Below, piece after piece: positions 39,112 through 46,999 of a stretch of DNA of 64,000 nt. The stretch spans positions 1,344,001 through 1,408,000 of the forward strand of contig OZ243913.1 in NCBI GenBank assembly GCA_965213705.1, read 5' to 3'. This stretch comes from Trueperaceae bacterium (GTDB lineage Bacteria > Deinococcota > Deinococci > Deinococcales > Trueperaceae). The position numbers were made by a program, and so were the translations under genes. The stretch's first letter is position 1. Each line of letters starts with the position of its first letter. A model generated the notes under the pieces. That model was given only the letters and a program-made list of their open reading frames with translations, was not told the DNA's origin and ran no database searches.

Positions 39112-39443
39112 CCCCAAACCCGCCTAACCCGAGCCGTTACCGGTCGCGCCCCAACAAATCAACTATTGAACGTCAAAAAAGCCGAGCCCAAGAGGTTGTG
39201 AAAGCAGGACTTTCGCGCGGCTCTTTGTTCCGGCCTTGTTTACAGCCCCCTATGCACGGCCTCACGCAGTCGGCTCGGTACGTGACCGGTCGAGCAAAAG
39301 ACAGGTCTTCGAGCCGCCCTTAGGCCGCTTTACAAACTCACACCTTCAAACTCACACCTCCGAAGCTGTCGTCACGACTCAGACCGCCCCCGTGTGAGAA
39401 ACTTTCGGTGGCTCGAGCCGCTGCGGGTGCTAGGCTCGAAAGC

Positions 39444-39803
39444 GTGCAGGACTTGAGCGAACTTTTGAGTTTCGTGGCCTCGAACGTCGACGGCGCCCGG
39501 TGCGTCGCGCTCGGGGGCAGCGACGGACTGTTGATAGAGCAGTACCCCGACCAGGACCAGCACTTAGCCGCGTTCACCGCCGAAATGACGAACGTGCTGG
39601 GTGCGCTGGCGCGGCTCGGCGCGACCGGTTTCGACGGCGGCTCGCTCAAAGAGGTCATGGTGACGGCGGACAAGGCTATTCACTACACGCGGCGCCTCAA
39701 CACCGACTTTTTTTTGGTCGTCATCATGAGCCCGGCGGGCAACTTGGGCAAAGTGCGGCTCTACACCGAACAGGTCGCGCCGAAAATGCTCGAGCTGTTC
39801 TGA
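39444..39803 (+). CDS. Roadblock/LC7 (MglB-like) protein
   Basis: VDGA....L.G.DGL.IE and GNLGK.R motifs; TAGGCT-N7-GTG 39444. Confidence 0.85.
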   Translation: MQDLSELLSFVASNVDGARCVALGGSDGLLIEQYPDQDQHLAAFTAEMTNVLGALARLGATGFDGGSLKEVMVTADKAIHYTRRLNTDFFLVVIMSPAGNLGKVRLYTEQVAPKMLELF

Positions 39804-39844
39804 GGGTCCGGGTTATTAAGGAGACGGGTTATTAAGGAGACGGT

Positions 39845-40207
39845 GTGGGTTTACGCGAGTTGTTGAACCAAGTCATCAGCATCAAGGGCGTCGGCAGCGC
39901 CGCGGTGGTAAGCAGTTCGGGGTTCGTCATCGAAGGCGCCGCCAACAACGAGACCGACCTGAGCTTCGTCGGCGGCCTCATCATCAGTGGTCTAGCCTCG
40001 AGCCGCGTGCTGGCGAGTTTTTTGGGCGAAGGCGAGGTCCTGCAAACGATGCTCGAGTACGAAAACGGTCCGGTGCTGCTCATCCCGTTGGGCGGCGAAG
40101 ACGCGCCCGTCATGGTCGCCACCTTGGCCTCGGCCGCCGTGCTGGGCCGCACCCGGCACAGCCTGCGCAAACTCGTACCCGACATCGCGCGCGCCGTCGC
40201 GCCCTGA
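39845..40207 (+). CDS. Roadblock/LC7 (MglB-like) protein
   Basis: GV..A.VVS.SGFVIE, Q.MLEYE.G.V, LGR.R. Confidence 0.85.
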   Translation: MGLRELLNQVISIKGVGSAAVVSSSGFVIEGAANNETDLSFVGGLIISGLASSRVLASFLGEGEVLQTMLEYENGPVLLIPLGGEDAPVMVATLASAAVLGRTRHSLRKLVPDIARAVAP

Positions 40208-40347
40208 GGCCGCGCGTCCCGCTCGCTCTCCTCTGACGCCGTCTCAAGCTTTCACACCGTCCCAAGTCGGAGCTGTAAGGGCCGCTAGCGGGGGTGAAAC
40301 CCGCAAGGCGTAGCGCGCGCGCCAGACGCGCGGCGTACACTGGAGCC

Positions 40348-40620
40348 ATGAGCAAAGAACTCAAACTCGAGCTGGACAAAGAGACCGCCAAGGGAACGTA
40401 CACGAACATGGCCGTTATCACCCACACCAAAGACGAGTTCATTTTGGACTTCGCGCTGGTTTATCCGGGCCAGGCGCCCCAGGTCAACAGCCGCGTGATT
40501 ACCAGCCCGAACCACGCCAAGGCCTTTTTGCGCAGCCTGGAAGACAACCTTCGCCGTTACGAAGCGCGTTTCGGCGACCTTGGCGACGCGCCCGCACGCC
40601 CGACGGGGCCACAAAACTAA
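40348..40620 (+). CDS. DUF3467-family protein
   Basis: GTYTN.A.I.H...EF.LDF...RVI.SP.HAK...L..N..RYE.RFG; TACACT-N6-ATG. Confidence 0.85.
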   Translation: MSKELKLELDKETAKGTYTNMAVITHTKDEFILDFALVYPGQAPQVNSRVITSPNHAKAFLRSLEDNLRRYEARFGDLGDAPARPTGPQN

Positions 40621-40727
40621 ACCCTTCCGGGACCTGCGTGCGGACAAGCTGCAGGCTCGAGCGGGGGTCCTCGGGGCCTGTCGCTCGGATTACCTGAAGG
40701 TGGGTAGCCCCACGTTCTAATAAACTC

Positions 40728-41345
40728 GTGGCTGAAACCGTAACCGTGTATTTCGACTACCTGTGTCCTTTCGCCTGGCGGGCGGCCGAGCTTGCCGAAG
40801 TGGTGGCGCAGGAGTTGGGGGTAGCTTTTACCTGGCGACACTTCAGCTTGTACCAAAACAACTACCAGGGCGCCTCCAACTGGCAACTGTGGAACGACCC
40901 CGTCGACTTCGACGACGACAGTGGCGGCAAGGGCCTGTTGCCCTTTCTGGCGTCTTGTGCGGCGCGGCGTCAAGGCAGGGCGGCGCACGACGCTTTTCGC
41001 TTGACGACGTTGCGCGCCCGGCACCGGGAGTGTCGCCCGCTGACCCTCAAAACAGTGTTCGCCGCCGCTGAGGTGGCGGGCTTGCACCTGCCGAGCTTCG
41101 AGCAAGACCTGGGCAATCCCGAGTCGCGTACCCTCCTCGCCAAAGAACATCACCAGGCGACCAGCCTGGACGTGTTCGGCACCCCGACCTTTCACTTTCC
41201 GAGCGGTCACTTGGCTTATTTTCGCATCGGCAAGCTCCCGGCGAGTCCGCGTGAAGCCGTGGACCTATTTGTAAACTACCAGCACTTGCTCGAGGCCTAC
41301 CCGTATTTAGAAACCATCAAACGTCCCCGGCCTAAGGGAAATTAG
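40728..41345 (+). CDS. DsbA/FrnE-like thioredoxin-fold protein with one active-site Cys
   Basis: YFDYLCPFAW; VFGTPT cis-Pro loop. Confidence 0.8.
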   Translation: MAETVTVYFDYLCPFAWRAAELAEVVAQELGVAFTWRHFSLYQNNYQGASNWQLWNDPVDFDDDSGGKGLLPFLASCAARRQGRAAHDAFRLTTLRARHRECRPLTLKTVFAAAEVAGLHLPSFEQDLGNPESRTLLAKEHHQATSLDVFGTPTFHFPSGHLAYFRIGKLPASPREAVDLFVNYQHLLEAYPYLETIKRPRPKGN

Positions 41346-41640
41346 CGTAGGAGAGTGGGAAATTAAGGACGTAAAAGCTTTTACTACCTCACTTCCCGAC
41401 CCTTTACTCTGTTACACCAAGCAGGTATGGCAGGGATGACGTGTCTCAATCACAAATTGCTCGTGTAGCTTTCTCGAGCTTTTCTCGAAAAGCGTTCCTG
41501 ACGCACCCAGCTTGTGCGCCGAAGGCAAAAGGCGACGGTGCGGAAGCTGAGAACGATAAGCTGTTACGGCCCTGAGAGAACTTGAAAACATGTCGTCCTG
41601 GCCGCACTTAACCAGACATAGCCGAGTTTAAGTTGTCAGT

Positions 41641-43244
41641 CCTATCTTTGCCCTACTGACAAGTACCATAGCCCGCGATACTATCCAGTTGATCCCAAGA
41701 AAATCAGTTTTGGGGCAAATTTAGATCGTTCCCGGTGACACTTTGGTAGACAACAATGTCTTTCACGAGTATGGTCATCTTGCCTACTACCGGAAGATGA
41801 TGTGAGAGTTGTCCTACAACCGTGAACATGGCTGCAACCTCAGTGGTGCTTGTGCCTCGTTTCCGCTTTGTGGCGGCTGTATAGATCACACTCAATTCGA
41901 GAGTATAGGTCCTGAGGCAGCCATGATTGAGGGGTGGGCGGATTTTTTTGCAGCGCTCACGACCAGAGTGTTCTATGATGTCACAAACTCGTTTCAGGTT
42001 AAAAACAGTATAAGTAATTGGCCGACCGGCCTAGGTAATGAAGCTCGCGTCGCCGCGTTCCTGTGGGATATGTGGGACAATGTAGGTGTTACAAATGACC
42101 CAGACTTTAGGTTTGACAACAAAGATGAGACCCCCGGCAAAAGTAGGCTAAACCTGCCAAAGTATAGGAATGCGAAAGCAAACAGAGCGAAGCTTAGAGT
42201 TGTCAGCAGAGAAGTTCAAGCGCAAACTAGGCGTAAAGCGAGCCACTTACGAGTTGATGAAAGAGGTGTTGGAGACGCGAGAAAGGGCTAAGAAGAGGAG
42301 CGGCAGACCGCCCGCGCTGTGTTTGGACGATCAACTGGTACTCACGCTGTCGTTTTGGCGAGAGTACCGAACGCAGTTTCATTTAGCTGAAGACTGGGAA
42401 GTAGACGAGAGCACCGTTAGACGCACCAACGAGTTGAGAATGCGCTTATCAAGTCGGGTCAGTTTTCTTTACCAGGTCGTAAAGCTTTGCGCGATGACCA
42501 CGAGCTAGAGGTGGTGATTGTGGATGTAGCAGAGAGCCCTGTTGAACGACCCAAAAAAAGCAGCGACGTTACTACTCCGGTAAGAAAAAGCGTCATAGCC
42601 AGAAAAGTCAGCTCTTCGTAGATCAGGCTAGCAAACGCATTTTGAGTACAGCCTGTGGCAAAGGTCGAGAACATGACTTCAAGCTGCTAAAACGCAGTGG
42701 TTGCGCTGTGAGTTTAGCGCCCGCAACTAAGCTACTAGCTGACAGCGGCTATCAAGGTGTTGCTAAGGTTCACCCTGAATGCCGAACCCCTTTCAAACGC
42801 TGGCGTGGCAAAACGCTGACTCAAGAGCAAAGCAGCCACAACCGTCAGCTTGCTAAAGAGCGTATCTTGGCCGAACATGTCATTCGTAAGCTCAAGGTCT
42901 TTCGTGTGCTCAAAGAAACCTATCGCCATCGCAGAAGGCGCTTTGGGCTCAGGCTTAACCTCATCGCCGCTCTTTACAACCATGATCAAGGGTAGGTGTG
43001 ACTTTCGCCGCAGGTCTATGGGTTCTCTGGTAGTAGCCCAAACGATCCAGTTTCACCTACAGGTGGTCTTATAGTACGTTACAAAAAGGTCGCGGGCTAC
43101 TTCACCGACATGTCTTTGTCGTCGGAGTTGAAAGATAACTGGCTATCTAGAATAAAGCCATCACTCGTCGGCCAATCACTTATTGACCACTGTAAAATAC
43201 TAAAATTCAACACCTTGAATTCGTTTGATACCTCATGTCCATAG
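41641..43244 (+). pseudogene. HEXXH (gluzincin-like) metalloprotease pseudogene interrupted by an IS
   Basis: FHEYGH at 41761-41778, AMIEGWADFF, FLWDMWD; in-frame stops at 41722 and 41803; frame resumes after IS removal to TAG 43242-43244; 5' end not defined. Confidence 0.75.
42128..43017 (+). mobile_element. IS5-family element (ISL2/IS702-like), 890 bp, transposase probably inactive
   Basis: 17-bp TIRs AGACCCCCGGCAAAAGT / AGACCTGCGGCGAAAGT(rc), 14 of 17 match; ATG 3-bp TSD; FWREYRT, ERPKK with an A7 frameshift, YSGKKK, ADSGYQG, HRRRRFGLR; extra frameshift near 42428. Confidence 0.92.
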
Positions 43245-43258
43245 AAAGAAGAACGAGA

Positions 43259-43774
43259 ATGACTAAGCAAATGATGTGCGCGAGTCTAATTCTCGTGGTC
43301 TTGACCGGTTGTATAGAAACAAAAAATGACAATAATGACTTTGTAGGCATTCTGGGACCCTACCTTACCATTTCGCAAACCGAGGCGGCGGTCGGTGAGT
43401 TTATAGAGGTCACGATAACCGCCGAGTTGGTGTTACCTCAGCAAAGCAATTTTGCCGAACAGTCCGGCGAGGTCGAACTCGGCTTATGCTTGGGGCCTGA
43501 GTGGGCGACCGAGAAAGAAAACTGTGTGGTCGTCGCCCCGGGCGTGTTGGATTTTCAACCTTCCGAAGCTTTCACCATCGAACCGGCAGGGGCTATTTCC
43601 AGGCGCGACTTCGTCACCGTAAAAAGAGGTCGGAAGGTAGAGTTTGCGCACACGCTGAGGCTGACCGCCAACCGGCCGGGCACCGTCAGGCTCAGCGCTG
43701 CCTTCGAATCTTACGAAGAAAACGGCTACATTACCGAGGGCGGTGCCAAAGGTCCCAGTGTGACGTTCAAATAG
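43259..43774 (+). CDS. Hypothetical lipoprotein (Ig-like beta-rich)
   Basis: Lipobox LTGC; starts 14 nt after the reconstructed protease stop. Confidence 0.75.
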   Translation: MTKQMMCASLILVVLTGCIETKNDNNDFVGILGPYLTISQTEAAVGEFIEVTITAELVLPQQSNFAEQSGEVELGLCLGPEWATEKENCVVVAPGVLDFQPSEAFTIEPAGAISRRDFVTVKRGRKVEFAHTLRLTANRPGTVRLSAAFESYEENGYITEGGAKGPSVTFK

Positions 43775-43787
43775 GCTAAGGTTTCTT

Positions 43788-43825
43788 ACAAAAGGTGGGC
43801 GAGTACGAGGGCGACCACCTTTTGT
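43788..43825. terminator. Probable bidirectional terminator
   Basis: ACAAAAGGTGG-N16-CCACCTTTTGT. Confidence 0.6.
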
Positions 43826-43851
43826 TCGTTCAGCTCGAGCAAACCTCAAAA

Positions 43852-43980
43852 GAGGGCTGGCGCATCTTAATAAGCCCCTCGAGGATGTGAGCACGAAAGT
43901 CGTCATTCCAGGCGGCCCGCTTGCGCTTAGCTTTGAGCGAACCTTTAGAGGTGTCTTGCCTGAGCAGGTTCAGAGCGACT
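43852..43980 (-). mobile_element. ISAs1-family remnant (transposase C-terminus and right end)
   Basis: Minus strand reads VALNLLRQDTSKGSLKAKRKRAAWNDDF, then GATGCGCCAGCCCT resembling the ISAs1 terminal repeat. Confidence 0.75.
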
Positions 43981-44116
43981 ATCTCAAGATGGACGTATTT
44001 TCAGCACCCCGACGGTCTGTGTAGCTGTGAGCGTCTTCGCCAGAGACAACGCCCAGTGCTTAGCAGGTGTGGTATTTCTTTTGTGAGTGCCGCCTCGCTC
44101 ACGTTAGACTTAGGCT

Positions 44117-44881
44117 GTGCGTTTGGTTCAGAACGTCGGTCACGGCTCGGATGTCGGCCGAATCCGGCCCCTCAACGAAGACTATCACCGCGTCTGGCAG
44201 TTTCCCCTGTCGGGCGCTTACCTGACGCTGCTCGCCGTCGCCGACGGCATGGGCGGCGCGGCGGCGGGTGAGGTTGCCAGCAAAGCGGCGATGGAGGTGG
44301 TCGGCGAGTCGTTCGGTCTTTACGCCAAAGCTTTGCGAGACGGTCAAGCGGTGGTCGGCGTGGACAAGCTCGTCGACAAGGCGATTCGCCTGGCGAACCG
44401 CCGCGTCTACGGCGCCGCCTTACAAGTCCAGGGTCAGCGCGGCATGGGCACCACGCTTACGCTCGTGGTGGTGAGCGGCGCAAAAGCTTACGTCGGACAC
44501 GTGGGCGATTCACGGGCCTACCTGGTTCGCGGCGACAAAATTTACCAACTCACCAAAGACCACTCCTGGGTCGAAGAGCAGCTCGAGCAAGGGTTGATAA
44601 CCGAAGAACAGGCCAAGGTCCACGAGTGGCGCAACCTCATTACGCGCGCGCTCGGTACGCGCGCGCAAGTCGCGCCTGACTTGGTCGAACTAAACGTCCA
44701 GAAGGGCGACGTTTTCGCCATTTCCACCGACGGCCTGCACGGGCTGGTGGCCCCGGAGGAAATACTGCACGAGTTGAAGCGCACCAGCAACCGCCAGTCG
44801 GCGGTGGAGTACCTTATCGGGCTGGCGAACGAACGGGGCGGCCCCGACAACATCACCTTGGTCGTCGCGGAGGTGCCCTAG
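44117..44881 (+). CDS. PP2C-family Ser/Thr phosphatase (Stp1-like)
   Basis: G.IR..NED, VADGMGG..AGE.AS, GMGTT, HVGDSRAY, TDGL, GGPDNIT. Confidence 0.95.
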   Translation: MRLVQNVGHGSDVGRIRPLNEDYHRVWQFPLSGAYLTLLAVADGMGGAAAGEVASKAAMEVVGESFGLYAKALRDGQAVVGVDKLVDKAIRLANRRVYGAALQVQGQRGMGTTLTLVVVSGAKAYVGHVGDSRAYLVRGDKIYQLTKDHSWVEEQLEQGLITEEQAKVHEWRNLITRALGTRAQVAPDLVELNVQKGDVFAISTDGLHGLVAPEEILHELKRTSNRQSAVEYLIGLANERGGPDNITLVVAEVP

Positions 44882-46939
44882 ATGTGGCTGGTCGCGGCTT
44901 TCTTCGGCACCCTCGCCCTGGCTTTGGTGTTGCTGCGGTTTCCTTTGTGGCTGAACTTAGGGGTCGCCGCGCTGACGGGTTTGCCGGTGCTGGCTTTGGT
45001 CTTTAGCGGCGGGTCGGTGGGCGTCGGCGAACGGTCGCTGTTGCCGCTGCTGGTGCTGGCTTTGGCGGCGGGCGTGCTGGTTCCGCCAAGCTCCAACGTA
45101 AAGCCGGTCTCACGGGTCGCGCCGTCCAGGAAGCGTGCTCGCAAAAAACAGGCCGCAAACGCTTCGGGTTTGAGCTTCGAACACAGGCTCGAGGCGGTCG
45201 AGGTTCCGGGCTACGAAGTCTTGGAAAAAGTCGGCTCGGGGGGTATGGCGAGCGTTTACCGGGCGCGCCGAAAAAGCGACGGCCGCATCATCGCGCTCAA
45301 AATTCCTATGGAGCAGTACGTTGCCGACGCCAAGTTTATCCGCAGGTTTCACCGCGAGGCCGAAGTAGCCCAGCGCTTGGACCACCCCAACATCGTCCAC
45401 ACCTTTGAACACGGCAGCGTCGGGGTCAAACATTTTATGGCGATGGAGTTTGTCGACGGGCGCAGCTTAGAGGCTTACGTCGAGGGTAAAGACTTAGACA
45501 CCGACCTGAGCGCGGAAGTCATGAAGTCTGTGGTGCGCGCGCTGCAGCACATCCACTCGGTCGGCATCATTCACCGCGACATCAAACCTGCCAACATCAT
45601 GATTTTGAAAACAGGTGTTTTGTCGACGAATCCCTTACGGCTCGACCCCCACGCGGTCAAACTGATGGACTTCGGCATCGCCGGGGGCAAGGTGTTGTCG
45701 CGGCTGACCATGACCGGGGCGCGGGTCGGCACGCCGGTCTACATGTCGCCCGAGCAGGCGCGGGGCTTAAAAATCGACCACCGCAGCGACATCTACAGCT
45801 TGGGCCTGGTGTTCTACGAAATGCTCACCGGTCAGACGGCTTTTAAGGGCGGCTACGAGGCCATCGTCCACCAACAGATTTTCCAAACGCCGCCGCCGCC
45901 CCGACAGCTCAACTTGGACATTCCCAAAACGCTCGATACACTCATTATGAAAATGGTTGCCAAAGACCCGGACGAGCGGCCTACCCTGGACGAAGTGTTG
46001 GGGGTGCTCGAGCAAGATTTCGAAGACAAAGAAGTCCCCGACTTGCCGAGCCGCCTCGTTTTGACGGTAAGTGCGCGGCAGGGCGTGTTGCGCGTGCTCG
46101 ACACACAAGGCTCGCTCCACGCTTCGGTCGGCGACATCGGGGCGGGGCCGGGCGCGTTTTCGGCGGCGCCGCTGTCCATCGCCGTCGACAGTTTGGGCCA
46201 CGTTTTTGCCGCCGTCTTTGAATACCGTGTCGGTGAGGACAGCGACCCCATGATTCACAAGGTGACTGCGGCCGGCGAACTCCTCACCTCGTTCGGACCC
46301 TACGGCATGAAACCGGGTGAGTTTTTGTACCCGGCGGCGCTCGCCGTTTCCCCGCAAGACACGGTCTACGTCCTCGACGGCGAAACGCACCTTATCCAGT
46401 GTTTCGACTCGGACGGAACTTACCTGTTCGGTTTCGGGGGCCGGGGCGACGGGCGCGGCACCTTCAACGACCCGCGCACCCTGTTCGTCGACGCGGACGG
46501 TATGGTGTATGTGCTCGACTACGGCAACCGCCAGGTACAGCGCTTCGACGCGGAGGGCCGCTACCAAACGCGCTGGGCTTTCAAACTCGGTGCCGACCAA
46601 CCAGGAATGCGGCTTCTAGACGGCTTTACGGTGGACCTCCGCGGCAACTTGTACGTGAGCGACGCGGCCGGGGGCAAGGTGCGTAAAATTACGCCGCAAG
46701 GCAAGGTCGAACTTTCTTATGCTATCGACCCCTTGCAGGGCGAGGCCACCGACGCGCTGCTCGACCTAGGCGTGGACGACCACGGCTTTCTTTATGCGGC
46801 GCGGCGCGGCGGGCACTTGATTCGCAAGTACGACCTGTCGGGACGGCTCGGAGAAACTTTGGAGACTTACGCGCCCGTGGTGCAGATGATAGTGGACGTC
46901 AAGGTGAGCATGGCGGCCGTCCAAGCCTCGAGCCTGTAA
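44882..46939 (+). CDS. Hanks-type Ser/Thr kinase with N-terminal TM helices and C-terminal NHL repeats
   Basis: GSGGMASVY, ALK, HRDIKPAN, DFG, GTPVYMSPEQ; NHL repeats GEFLYP and GTFNDP. Confidence 0.93.
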   Translation: MWLVAAFFGTLALALVLLRFPLWLNLGVAALTGLPVLALVFSGGSVGVGERSLLPLLVLALAAGVLVPPSSNVKPVSRVAPSRKRARKKQAANASGLSFEHRLEAVEVPGYEVLEKVGSGGMASVYRARRKSDGRIIALKIPMEQYVADAKFIRRFHREAEVAQRLDHPNIVHTFEHGSVGVKHFMAMEFVDGRSLEAYVEGKDLDTDLSAEVMKSVVRALQHIHSVGIIHRDIKPANIMILKTGVLSTNPLRLDPHAVKLMDFGIAGGKVLSRLTMTGARVGTPVYMSPEQARGLKIDHRSDIYSLGLVFYEMLTGQTAFKGGYEAIVHQQIFQTPPPPRQLNLDIPKTLDTLIMKMVAKDPDERPTLDEVLGVLEQDFEDKEVPDLPSRLVLTVSARQGVLRVLDTQGSLHASVGDIGAGPGAFSAAPLSIAVDSLGHVFAAVFEYRVGEDSDPMIHKVTAAGELLTSFGPYGMKPGEFLYPAALAVSPQDTVYVLDGETHLIQCFDSDGTYLFGFGGRGDGRGTFNDPRTLFVDADGMVYVLDYGNRQVQRFDAEGRYQTRWAFKLGADQPGMRLLDGFTVDLRGNLYVSDAAGGKVRKITPQGKVELSYAIDPLQGEATDALLDLGVDDHGFLYAARRGGHLIRKYDLSGRLGETLETYAPVVQMIVDVKVSMAAVQASSL

Positions 46940-46999
46940 CTCTGGGCAAGTACCGAGGACCGAGTGAAAAGTAGAAAGTGGAAAGGCTGAGACAAAACC

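Noticed and set aside
41510..41590. Possible glycine or c-di-GMP riboswitch (CGCCGAAGG, GGCAAA, CTCTCAGG)
   Set aside because: The motif pieces lie on opposite strands or lack the required stems
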